The notes: generated by a model from the letters alone, not told the origin. Shown: positions 23,499 through 31,752, counted from the first letter of the stretch. The stretch: DNA of 38,510 bases from Frankiales bacterium (GCA_025966295.1 JAOPVD010000012.1:1-38510); one strand, 5' to 3'. Made by a program: numbers and translations.

Positions 23499-24791
23499 TC
23501 ATCGGGGCACGTCCCGCCACGGACCCCGGTCCTGGCGGGGTTCGGCCGGCAGCCCGAGCAGCCGGTCGCCGATGATGTTCCGCTGGATCTCGTCGGTGCC
23601 ACCGGCGATGCGGTAGCCCGGTGCGCCCAGCAGGTGCTCGGTCCAGGCGAACGTGCCCCACTCGCCCGTGTCGGCCGCGAGGCGCGGGCCGAGGACGGCA
23701 GCAGCCGCCTCGGAGGCCAGCGCCATCCCCTGCACCCAGTGCAGCTTGCGCAGCGAGCCGACCGGTCCGGGCTCGTCGCCCGACAGGCGGGACTCGTGGT
23801 CGCGCTGCGCGGCCAGGCGGGCCACCTGCTCGGAGATCCAGACGTCGGCCAGGAGCTGACGCACGTGGGGGTCGGTGTCGCGCTGCAGCTCCTGGGCGAG
23901 CGGGAGCAGCTGCTGCCAGCCGCCGCCCACGCGGCTGCTCGCGCCGCTGTGGCCGCGTTCGAACCCGAGCGTGGCCAGCGCGACCTTCCACCCGGCCCCG
24001 ACGTCGCCGAGGCGCAGGCTGTCGGGGATCCGGACCTCGTCGAGGAACACCTCGCAGAAGGACGTGCCCCCGGACATCTGTCGAAGCGGCCGCACGTCGA
24101 CCCCGGGGAGGTCGAGCGGGAGCAGGAAGGCAGTGAGGCCCGCCTGCTTGACGGCGTCGGGGTCGGTGCGCGCGATCAGCTCCCCCCACCGGGCGAACTG
24201 CGCACCCGAGCTCCACACCTTCTGCCCGGTGACGACCCAGTCGTCGCCGTCGCGCACGGCCCGCGTGCCGAGTCCACTCAGGTCCGAGCCGGCGGCGGGC
24301 TCGGAGAACAGCTGGCAGCACAGCTCGTCGCCCCGCAGCAGCGGGCGCAGGTGGGTGGCCACCTGGTGCGGCGTGCCGAACAGGCGCAGCGTGGGGGCCA
24401 CCAGGTGAAGAGTGACCGAGGAGAGCTCGTGCGCCGGCGGGACGTCGTAGGCAACCTCGAGAGCGTTGAACGCCTCCTCGTAGGCGGACGACAGCCCCGC
24501 GCCGCCTAGCTCGACGGGCCAGGTCAGCGCGCCGAAGCCGGCGTCGTACTTGCAGCGCTGCCACTCGCCGACCTGCCGGAGCAGGGCCAGCTCGTCCTCG
24601 TGGGAGAGGTCGTGGAAGACCGCGACGGAGTCCGACCCGGCGCCCCAGGCGTCCTCCTGCGAGCGCGGCGCAGCGGACCGGGCGAGCCAGGCTGCGGCGC
24701 GCCGCCCGAATTCCGCCAGCTCCTGCGTGCTCGCAGCCGTGCTCGGCACCGTGGGTCTCCTCGCGCTCGACACCTGCATGACGTGCGTCAC
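23499..24791 (-). CDS. Acyl-CoA dehydrogenase family protein
   Basis: The GTG at 24791 is preceded by GGAGGAA; the alternative is ATG at 24779. Motifs are CQLFSEPAAGSDL, WVVTGQKVWSS and the C-terminal YRIAGGTDEIQRNIIGDRLLGLP. Confidence 0.9.
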   Translation of the reverse strand: MTHVMQVSSARRPTVPSTAASTQELAEFGRRAAAWLARSAAPRSQEDAWGAGSDSVAVFHDLSHEDELALLRQVGEWQRCKYDAGFGALTWPVELGGAGLSSAYEEAFNALEVAYDVPPAHELSSVTLHLVAPTLRLFGTPHQVATHLRPLLRGDELCCQLFSEPAAGSDLSGLGTRAVRDGDDWVVTGQKVWSSGAQFARWGELIARTDPDAVKQAGLTAFLLPLDLPGVDVRPLRQMSGGTSFCEVFLDEVRIPDSLRLGDVGAGWKVALATLGFERGHSGASSRVGGGWQQLLPLAQELQRDTDPHVRQLLADVWISEQVARLAAQRDHESRLSGDEPGPVGSLRKLHWVQGMALASEAAAAVLGPRLAADTGEWGTFAWTEHLLGAPGYRIAGGTDEIQRNIIGDRLLGLPAEPRQDRGPWRDVPR

Positions 24792-24852
24792 AGGTTCCTC
24801 CGTATGAATACCACCTCGGCTGTCCGTCGTCAGCCTGACCGGACGCCGGCCG

Positions 24853-25260
24853 TCAGCTGCGGGCCAGCCGCCACTGCGGGACGACCGTCCCGTCGACGTC
24901 CTCGAACCAGGCGATGACCGGCGCGCCCGCGCGCAGCTCCGGCCGGCCTGGCAGGTGCCCCACAAGCCGCGTGCCGGGCAGGTCGTCGAGCTCGACGAGC
25001 AGCACGGTGTACGGGGCCGGGAAGGCCGGGTGGACCGCGTGCTCGACCACCGACCACGAGTACACGGTGCCGGTGGGCGTCACCGGTTCCCAGCGCCCCT
25101 CCCAGCTGCCACAGGCGCGGCAGTACGCGCGTGGCACGTGCAGGACGGCGTCGCAGCCGTTGCAGCGGCGCAGGGCCAGCTCGCCGCGGGCGGCGGCCTC
25201 GAAGAAACCGCCCGTGTCGACGTCGTCGGTGACCGGCAGCAGCCGGGGCGTGCCGGTCAC
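24853..25260 (-). CDS. DUF35 OB-fold / zinc-ribbon protein (second copy)
   Basis: 135 aa with CNGCDAVLHVPRAYCRAC followed by an OB-fold region. There is a GTGA overlap with the thiolase-like stop. Confidence 0.85.
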   Translation of the reverse strand: MTGTPRLLPVTDDVDTGGFFEAAARGELALRRCNGCDAVLHVPRAYCRACGSWEGRWEPVTPTGTVYSWSVVEHAVHPAFPAPYTVLLVELDDLPGTRLVGHLPGRPELRAGAPVIAWFEDVDGTVVPQWRLARS

Positions 25261-26438
25261 CGGTCAGCCACGAGGATGAGGCCGCTGCCGGGGGGCAGCG
25301 GGGTGGCGGTGACGAGACAGGTCTCGGCGCCGGGGACCTGCGAGGTCGAGCTTCCGCGGATCTGCCGGACGCCCTCGAGGACGTGGTTCATGCCGTGCAC
25401 GTAGCCCTCCGACAGGTGGCCGCCGCCGGTGTTGATGGGCAGCGACCCGCCGAGCCCGATCGCACCGCTCGCCGCGAACGCGCCCCCCTCGCCCTTCTCG
25501 CAGAAGCCCCAGTCCTCGAGCTGCATCAACACGGTGATCGTGAAGCAGTCGTAGAGCTGAGCGACGTCGATGTCCTCGGGGCCCAAGCCGGCCCGCTCGT
25601 ACAGGACCTTCGACACGGCCGTCGCCGGGAGGGAGGTGATGGACTCGCGGAACAGCGTCGGGAACTGGATGCCCGGCTGCGGGTCGGCCGTGCTGGCCTG
25701 GGCGACCGCGCGGATGACCGCCGGCGGCTGACGCAGGTCCCTGGCCCGTTCGACGGTCGTGACCACCACGGCACAGGCCCCGTCGGTCTCCAGGCAGAAG
25801 TCGAACAGCCGAAGCGGGTCGGCGATGAGGCGGGCGCCCAGATAGTCGTCCATCGACAGCGTCTTGGCGTGCATCTGCGCCGCCGGGTTGTCGTTCGCCC
25901 GCGCGCGGCACGTCGTAGCGATGGCGCCCAGCTGCTCCTCGGTCGTGCCGAACTCGAGCATGTGCCGACGGGCCATGAGAGCGAAGATCTGACCGGGAGT
26001 GACGAGGCCGTACGGCGCGAAGAGCTCGTCATAGCTGCCTGCTCCGCCGACCCGCTGCTCGGACAGGGCGCTCTGCCCGAAGCGGCGCCCCGAGCGGCCG
26101 TTCAGGCCGCGGAAGACCAGGACGGTCGTCGCCTGGCCGGACAGGATTGCCGCGACGGCCTGGGCCACCATCCCCGGCGGGGCGACGCCACCCGGACCGA
26201 CCTCGGACCAGTACGTCAGCTGCGGGATCCCCAGCACGTCAACGAGGTCGTTGTGCCGCACGTTGTCCATGTCGCAGCGCACGATCCCGTCGACGTCCTG
26301 CGCCGTCAGGCCCGCGTCCTCCAGGGCCGCGAGGGCCGCCTGGGCGACGAGGGTCAGCTCGCTGCGCCCCGACGCCCGGGAGAAGTCGGTCGTCCCGATG
26401 CCCGCGATCGCGCAGCGGTCCCGGTGGGAGGTCGCCAT
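25257..26438 (-). CDS. Thiolase-like protein lacking the nucleophilic Cys (Ltp2/aldolase-like)
   Basis: 393 aa. The N-terminus is AIAGIGTTDFSR and the C-terminus is GGSLPINTGGGHLSEGYVHGMNHVLE. The nucleophile region reads EVGPGGVAPPG (no Cys), and a YDCF motif is present. Confidence 0.9.
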   Translation of the reverse strand: MATSHRDRCAIAGIGTTDFSRASGRSELTLVAQAALAALEDAGLTAQDVDGIVRCDMDNVRHNDLVDVLGIPQLTYWSEVGPGGVAPPGMVAQAVAAILSGQATTVLVFRGLNGRSGRRFGQSALSEQRVGGAGSYDELFAPYGLVTPGQIFALMARRHMLEFGTTEEQLGAIATTCRARANDNPAAQMHAKTLSMDDYLGARLIADPLRLFDFCLETDGACAVVVTTVERARDLRQPPAVIRAVAQASTADPQPGIQFPTLFRESITSLPATAVSKVLYERAGLGPEDIDVAQLYDCFTITVLMQLEDWGFCEKGEGGAFAASGAIGLGGSLPINTGGGHLSEGYVHGMNHVLEGVRQIRGSSTSQVPGAETCLVTATPLPPGSGLILVADR

Positions 26439-26440
26439 GC

Positions 26441-27223
26441 CTAGCCCGCGGGGTACGGCGAGGAGATGGACACGCCGCCGTCGACGGTGAGGACCGTGCC
26501 CGTGGTGAAGGAGGACGCCGAGGACGCGAAGTACAGGACCGTCCCCACGATCTCCGCTGGGTCGCCCAGCCGGCCGACGGCGTAGCGCTCCTTCGCCCAG
26601 GCGGTCAGGCCCTCGAGGTCCCAGGACGCCGAGATGTCGGTGAGGAACGGTCCCACCATGATCCCGTTGACCCGGACGTTCGGGCCCAGCACGCCGGCGA
26701 AGCCCAGGGTCATGCTGTTGAGCCCCGCCTTCGCCGCCGCGTAGGGCAGGTCGTTCGCCGTCGGCCGGGCCGCGGCGATGCTGCTTATGTTGACGATGGA
26801 CCCGCCGTTGCCGGCCGCCATCCGCTCACCGACCAGGACGCTCAGCCGGAACGGGCCCTTGAGGTTGACCGCGAAGACCTTGTCGTACAGGTCCTCGCTC
26901 AGCTCGGACAGGCTCGGATACAGCGGGGCGATGCCGGCGTTGTTGACGAGGACGTCGACCGCCCCGAACTCGGCGTAGCTGGTCTCCACCAGCTGCTCGA
27001 CGTCGTCCCAGCGGCCGACGTGGCAGGCGACCGGCAAGGCGCGCCGGCCGGTCGCCTCCCGGACCTCCCGCGCGACCTGCTCGCAGGCGTCCAGCTTGCG
27101 GCTCGCGATGACGACGTCGGCCCCGGCCCGGGCCAGACCCAGGACGGTCTCGCGGCCGAGCCCCCGGCTGCCGCCGGTGACGAGGGCGGTCTTACCGGCG
27201 AGCGGCAGGTCTGCGGCGGCCAT
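26441..27223 (-). CDS. Short-chain dehydrogenase/reductase (SDR)
   Basis: The real start is ATG at 27223 (MAAADLPLAGKTALVTGGSRGLG). It also has NNAG and YAAAKAG. The upstream part of the listed 435-aa ORF is artefact. Confidence 0.9.
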   Translation of the reverse strand: MAAADLPLAGKTALVTGGSRGLGRETVLGLARAGADVVIASRKLDACEQVAREVREATGRRALPVACHVGRWDDVEQLVETSYAEFGAVDVLVNNAGIAPLYPSLSELSEDLYDKVFAVNLKGPFRLSVLVGERMAAGNGGSIVNISSIAAARPTANDLPYAAAKAGLNSMTLGFAGVLGPNVRVNGIMVGPFLTDISASWDLEGLTAWAKERYAVGRLGDPAEIVGTVLYFASSASSFTTGTVLTVDGGVSISSPYPAG

Positions 27224-27224
27224 G

Positions 27225-28400
27225 TCAGAAGTCAAGGTGGTAGATGCGCGCGGCGTTGCCGTGCAGGATCTTGCCCATGGCCTCGCGGTCCACCTCGGAG
27301 AAGGTCCGGTCGAGGTACTCGTCAGGACGGACGGCCGTCGTCGCCGGGCCGGGCGACATGCTCGTGGGGTGCGGGAAGTCCGTCTCGTACAGGAAGTTGT
27401 CGGCGCCGAGCTGCTCGATGGCGGCCTTTGCGCTCTTGTCCTCGAACCAGAAGCAGCCGTAGATCTGGCGGGCGAAGTACTCGCTCGGCAGCAGCTCGTA
27501 CTCCGGGTGCTCCTGCGGCACGCCGCAGTTCTTCCACTGCCAGTCGAGGGCCTCGAGGGCGAACGGGATCCACCCGATGCCGCTCTCCACCGAGACGAAG
27601 TCGAGGTCAGGGAAGCGGTGGCAGATGCCGCCGGTGATGATCTGCGAGATCGTCGCGGCGTTGGCGAGGAAGAACGAGACGCCCATTGCGGCGTAGTTCG
27701 CGTGCTTGCCGTTGTCCGGGTGCCCCGTCGAGAAGGGGTCCAGGTCACCGGAGGCGATGTGGTAGTTGATCGGCAGGCCGCGCTCCTCGGCCGCGCGCCA
27801 CATCGGGTCCCAGTAGCGGTCGGTCATCTCGGGGAGGCCGAAGTAGGCGGGGTTCTGGGTGAACGTCACGCCCTTGTGGCCGGCCTGGTAGCAGCGGTCG
27901 ATCTCGGCGACGGTCGCGTCGATGTCCCAGAACGGCAGGCCGGTGATGGCGACGAAGCGGCCGGGCGCGAAGTTCGACCACTCGGTCAGGTAGTCGTTGT
28001 AGGCCTGGATGAGGGCGAGCTGGAGCTCGGCATCCTTCATCGCCACGATGGTCTTGGCGTCGAAGACGGCGATGTTCGGGTACAGCAGCTGCGCGTGGAT
28101 GCCGTACTCGTCCATGACCGCGAGGCGCTGCTTCGGGTCCCAGGTCGCCGGATCGGCGTCGCTGAACCGGCGCGGGTGGAAGGGCGGGTACTCGTGCCAG
28201 CCGGCCATGGCGGCCGCACCGGCGGCGCCGAGCCGCTTGTCCCCAGAGAACCAGGCCTCTTCCTCTGCCTTGTCGTCCCACCTCACGTGCGGGACGCGGT
28301 CGCCCCACTTGGCCACCGACATGCGCGAGGTCCACAGATCCGGCGGCTCGACCACGTGGGTGTCGGCGTCGATGATCAGGATGTCGTCGAAGGTCGTCAC
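27225..28400 (-). CDS. Amidohydrolase_2 (ACMSD/LigI-like metal-dependent hydrolase/decarboxylase) family protein
   Basis: The IIDADTHVVEP metal-binding start, the length and the C-terminal ..NAARIYHLDF fit the family. The start is uncertain: GTG at 28400 or GTG at 28442. Confidence 0.8.
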   Translation of the reverse strand: MTTFDDILIIDADTHVVEPPDLWTSRMSVAKWGDRVPHVRWDDKAEEEAWFSGDKRLGAAGAAAMAGWHEYPPFHPRRFSDADPATWDPKQRLAVMDEYGIHAQLLYPNIAVFDAKTIVAMKDAELQLALIQAYNDYLTEWSNFAPGRFVAITGLPFWDIDATVAEIDRCYQAGHKGVTFTQNPAYFGLPEMTDRYWDPMWRAAEERGLPINYHIASGDLDPFSTGHPDNGKHANYAAMGVSFFLANAATISQIITGGICHRFPDLDFVSVESGIGWIPFALEALDWQWKNCGVPQEHPEYELLPSEYFARQIYGCFWFEDKSAKAAIEQLGADNFLYETDFPHPTSMSPGPATTAVRPDEYLDRTFSEVDREAMGKILHGNAARIYHLDF

Positions 28401-28483
28401 GAGATCTCTTCTCTGAGCAGGGACGGCACGGTCGGAAGGCACACGAGGCCGGCTGCGACCGTCGCGTGGGGAGCCGGTGTGAC

Positions 28484-28501
28484 GTAGACCATAAGTAGAC
28501 C
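28484..28501. repeat. Tandem direct repeat GTAGACC-ATAA-GTAGACC (11-bp register); candidate regulator binding site
   Basis: Two exact 7-mers spaced one helical turn apart. They overlap a minus-strand TANNNT hexamer (TATGGT, 28488-28493), 42-100 nt upstream of the amidohydrolase start. Confidence 0.3.
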
Positions 28502-28658
28502 GCTGGCCCGGGTCAATCTTTCGTCAAGATGAAAGCGGGGCTTTCCGAAGCATCAGGACGGCCCGGCCCGCACGTCCAGAAGGCCTGCGACGCCTCGGGT
28601 TCGAGCCCCACGGTTCTGACGCAGGACCTCCTGGACCTGGACAGATTCATACGGAGGA

Positions 28659-28687
28659 TTGACGCGGGCCATGTGGTGCGATTCACT
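28659..28687 (+). promoter_or_regulatory. Candidate promoter for the SDR-ALDH-SnoaL operon (-35 TTGACG, 17-nt spacer, -10 TTCACT)
   Basis: The hexamer spacing is 17 nt. AAGGAG (28704-28709) and the ATG at 28715 follow. The -10 deviates from TANNNT at position 2. Confidence 0.3.
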
Positions 28688-28714
28688 CGCGGGACTGACC
28701 TCGAAGGAGCATCG

Positions 28715-29494
28715 ATGCAACTGCAGGGACGCACGGCCGTCATCACCGGCGGGACCCAGGGCATCGGCTTCGGCATCGCCCAGGCCTTTCTCGCCGAGGG
28801 CGCCAACGTCGTGATCGGCAGCCGTTCCGAAGCGAACGGCGCCAAGGCCCTAGCGGAGCTCGGCGCCCCGGATCGCGCGATGTTCCTCACCTGCGACGTC
28901 CTTGTCCGCAGCGACGTGGACCGCCTCGTCGACAGCGCGGCCGCGCGCTTCGGCAGCGTCGACGTCCTCGTGAACAACGCGGGCGGCAGCGACGGCTTCG
29001 CGCTGGTGCACGAGATGAGCGACGAGGCCTGGGACAAGTGCATGACGTGGTCCGTCGACTCGGCCTTCTGGGCCTCGCGGCGGGCTCTCAACCACATGGT
29101 GGACCAGGGATGGGGCCGCATCATCAACATCTCCTCCACCGAGGGAAAGCAGGCCAGCAAGCCCACCGTGAGCCACTACATCACCGCCAAGCACGCGCTG
29201 AACGGCTTCACCAAGGCGGTCGCCTTCGAGTACGGCAGGCAGGGCATCACCAGCAACGGCATCTGCCCCGGGGCCATCGAGACCGAGCGCATGAAGGAGG
29301 TCGGCCCCGCCTACGCCGAGTCGAACGGCCTGACCTACGAGGAGTTCCTGGCCACCTACACGGCGGACGCCATGACCGGCCAGATGAACACCGTCGAGCA
29401 GGTGGCCGCGCTGGCGGTACTGCTGGCCAGCGAGGTGGGTGCCGGCATCACGGGAGCCTTGCTGAACGTCGACGGCGGCACTGCCTCCTGGTGA
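28715..29494 (+). CDS. Short-chain dehydrogenase/reductase (3-hydroxyacyl/alcohol dehydrogenase-like)
   Basis: The ATG at 28715 follows AAGGAG. Motifs are TGGTQGIGFG, NNAG and YITAKHA. The in-frame upstream ATG at 28529 was rejected (see rejected list). Confidence 0.9.
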   Translation: MQLQGRTAVITGGTQGIGFGIAQAFLAEGANVVIGSRSEANGAKALAELGAPDRAMFLTCDVLVRSDVDRLVDSAAARFGSVDVLVNNAGGSDGFALVHEMSDEAWDKCMTWSVDSAFWASRRALNHMVDQGWGRIINISSTEGKQASKPTVSHYITAKHALNGFTKAVAFEYGRQGITSNGICPGAIETERMKEVGPAYAESNGLTYEEFLATYTADAMTGQMNTVEQVAALAVLLASEVGAGITGALLNVDGGTASW

Positions 29495-29569
29495 CCGGCG
29501 TCCCGGGCTGACCCGGGCGCGCCCCACGAGCTCCCTACCCGAGACCACCTCCCGGAAGGCCCTGACCTG

Positions 29570-31072
29570 ATGAGCACCACCGCTGAGCGCGCGTCCCTCC
29601 CGTACGACCTGTCGGCTGCCGCACGCGCCGTCTACGAGCAGCCGGTCGTCGGCCACGTCATCGACGGCGAGGTCCGCGAGTCGGCCTCCGGGGAGAGCTT
29701 CCCGGTGTACGACCCTTCCACCGGCCTCGAGTTCGCCCGGGGCGCGCAAGGCGGCAGCGCGGAGGTCGAGGCCGCCGTGCTCAGTGCGCGGCGGGCCTTC
29801 GTCGACGGCCGGTGGCGCCTGATGCCGCCGGCGCAGAAGGAGCGCGTGCTCCACCGGTACGCCGAGCTGATCGCCGAGAACCGGACTGCCTTCGGTGAGC
29901 TCGACAGCATTGACGCCGGCATCCTCAAGGGGTTCGGGGGCTTCATTGCCGACTTCGCCGTCGGCGCCATCGACTACTACGCCGGCTGGCCGACGAAGCT
30001 CAAGGGCGTCGTCCCGGCCGTGCCGGCCGACCTGTCTGTCGCGCTCGTCCGCGAGCCCGTCGGCGTCGTCGGCATCATCACGCCCTGGAACGGCCCGACG
30101 GCCGTCGCCGCCTTCGTTGCCGCGGCACTCGCCGCCGGTAACTCGGTGATCCTCAAGCCGGCCGAGCAGACCCCCCTGTCGGCGCACCTGCTGGGCGTCC
30201 TCGCGCTGCGCGCCGGCGTGCCGGCCGGCGTCTTCAACGTCGTGCAGGGTGCCGGCGAGGTGGGCGGCGCCCTGGTCGCCCATCCCGGTGTCGACAAGAT
30301 CTCGTTCACCGGCTCCGTCGCGACCGGCAAGGCCATCGCCGAGGCCGGGGCGAAGACCCTCAAGCGGGTGAGCCTCGAGCTCGGCGGCAAGAGCCCCATC
30401 CTCGTGTTCCCGGATGCCGACCTCGACCTGGCCGCAGCCGGTGCGATGTCCGCGATCTGGAACAACTCCGGTCAGGTCTGCACGGCCGGTTCACGGACAC
30501 TGGTGCACCGCTCGGTCTACGACCGCTTCGCCGAGAAGGTCGTCGCGGAGAGCGCCAAGCTCCAGGTCGGCGGTGCCTTCGAGGAGGGCACCGAGCTCGG
30601 CCCCCTCGTGTCCGCCGCGCAGCTCGCCCGCGTCCAGTCGTACGTCGAGATCGGCCAGGCCGAGGGCGCCGAGCTCGCGCTTAGCCCCACGGCTTCCGGC
30701 GGCGGCGGCTACTTTCACGGCCCGACGGTCTTCACTGGCGTGCGCAACGACATGCGCATCGCCCAGGAGGAGATCTTCGGCCCGGTGATGGCGCTGCTCC
30801 CCTTCGACACGGAGGAGGAGGCGTACGCCATCGCCAACGACGTCGAGTTCGGCCTGTCGGCGGGCGTGTGGACCAACGACCTGTCCCGCGCGCACCGCGC
30901 GTCCCGCGCCCTCCACGTCGGCACCGTCTGGATCAACACCTACCAGAACAACGACGTCTCCGTTCCCTACGGCGGCGTCAAGCAGTCGGGCTACGGCCGC
31001 ACCCTCGGCGAGGAGTCGCTGGAGGCGTTCCTGCACACGAAGAGCGTCTGGACCAAGGTCTTCGACGCCTGA
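29570..31072 (+). CDS. NAD(P)+-dependent aldehyde dehydrogenase
   Basis: 500 aa. Motifs are ITPWNGP, FTGSVATGK, ELGGKSP and the catalytic Cys in GQVCTAGSR. Confidence 0.95.
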   Translation: MSTTAERASLPYDLSAAARAVYEQPVVGHVIDGEVRESASGESFPVYDPSTGLEFARGAQGGSAEVEAAVLSARRAFVDGRWRLMPPAQKERVLHRYAELIAENRTAFGELDSIDAGILKGFGGFIADFAVGAIDYYAGWPTKLKGVVPAVPADLSVALVREPVGVVGIITPWNGPTAVAAFVAAALAAGNSVILKPAEQTPLSAHLLGVLALRAGVPAGVFNVVQGAGEVGGALVAHPGVDKISFTGSVATGKAIAEAGAKTLKRVSLELGGKSPILVFPDADLDLAAAGAMSAIWNNSGQVCTAGSRTLVHRSVYDRFAEKVVAESAKLQVGGAFEEGTELGPLVSAAQLARVQSYVEIGQAEGAELALSPTASGGGGYFHGPTVFTGVRNDMRIAQEEIFGPVMALLPFDTEEEAYAIANDVEFGLSAGVWTNDLSRAHRASRALHVGTVWINTYQNNDVSVPYGGVKQSGYGRTLGEESLEAFLHTKSVWTKVFDA

Positions 31073-31108
31073 GCCGCCGCCCCCCGCGTCCACATCGAGG
31101 AGATCCCG

Positions 31109-31597
31109 ATGACGATCGACACCCCCGCCACCCCGACGCTGTCGCCCAGCCTCGAGGAGCAGGTACGCCACCTGTACGACCGCTCGAGGATCGGCGACGC
31201 GCTCTACGCCTACGCCTACAGCTGTGACACGAAGGACGTGGCGAGGCTCCGCACCCTGTTCACCCCGAGCGCCCGGGCCCGCTACGGCAAGACCCAGGAG
31301 TGGCTGGAGGGCGGTCCGACCATCGCCGAGTGGATCGGCACCGCCACCGCGCCGACCCGGTGGCAGCACCACCTCATCAACGTCTACGACGTCGCCGTCG
31401 AGGGTGACCGGGCGACGGCGTGCGTCTACCTGGTCTCGCACCAGACGACGAGCGCGGAGCCGGACACGGTGCTCATGATGACCAGCCGCTACTCCATGCA
31501 GCTGGTCCGCGACGGTGGCTCTTGGCGCATCGACGTGCTCGACCTGCTGGTCGGTTGGATGGACAGCCGGCATGCCTCGCAGGCCGACCTCCCCTGA
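31109..31597 (+). CDS. SnoaL-like / NTF2-superfamily protein
   Basis: 162 aa; the ATG is preceded by GAGGAG. The N-terminus EEQVRHLYDRSRIGDALYAYAYSCDTKD and overall pattern are typical of SnoaL_4/NTF2-like proteins. Confidence 0.7.
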   Translation: MTIDTPATPTLSPSLEEQVRHLYDRSRIGDALYAYAYSCDTKDVARLRTLFTPSARARYGKTQEWLEGGPTIAEWIGTATAPTRWQHHLINVYDVAVEGDRATACVYLVSHQTTSAEPDTVLMMTSRYSMQLVRDGGSWRIDVLDLLVGWMDSRHASQADLP

Positions 31598-31624
31598 TCT
31601 CCCGCTGCTGACCTGCACGACCAG

Positions 31625-31653
31625 GGCCCCGTCCGGCACCGCCGGACGGGGCC
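31625..31653 (+). terminator. GC-rich hairpin terminator after the SnoaL-like gene
   Basis: GGCCCCGTCCGG-cacc(g)-CCGGACGGGGCC forms a perfect 12-bp stem, 28 nt after the stop. It sits in a convergent intergenic region. Confidence 0.7.
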
Positions 31654-31715
31654 TCGCGCGTTCGGCCGGTGGAGAGGCGGAGTGCGCGTGCGCCTCCAGC
31701 AGCGCTGCGCACGAC

Positions 31716-31752
31716 GGCGCCCGCCGTCCCGGACTCCGGGGCGGCGGGCGCC
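31716..31752 (-). terminator. Long GC-rich hairpin terminator after the ABC permease gene
   Basis: GGCGCCCGCCGTCCCG-gactc-CGGGGCGGCGGGCGCC forms a ~16-bp stem with one G-U pair, 20 nt downstream of the permease stop (31772). Confidence 0.6.

Noticed and set aside
28597-28609. GGGTTCGAGCCCC, which resembles a tRNA T-arm/T-loop.
   Set aside because: The stem is only 3 bp. There is no matching acceptor stem (no complement of the downstream 7 nt at the expected ~65 nt upstream) and no D-arm or anticodon arm. It is not a tRNA or a tRNA-derived att site as far as I can see.
28529-28714. An in-frame upstream ATG that would add 62 aa to the SDR at 28715.
   Set aside because: SDRs normally start a few residues before the TGxxxGxG motif. 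The ATG at 28715 has a well-placed AAGGAG. The extension has lower third-position GC at both ends and no recognisable domain. I kept it only as a possible decayed remnant.
31473-31481. TCATGATGA, a fifth occurrence of the palindrome core.
   Set aside because: It lies inside the SnoaL-like coding sequence (codons for L-M-M-T) and lacks the flanking TC/GA symmetry. It is likely coincidental and I did not count it as an operator.
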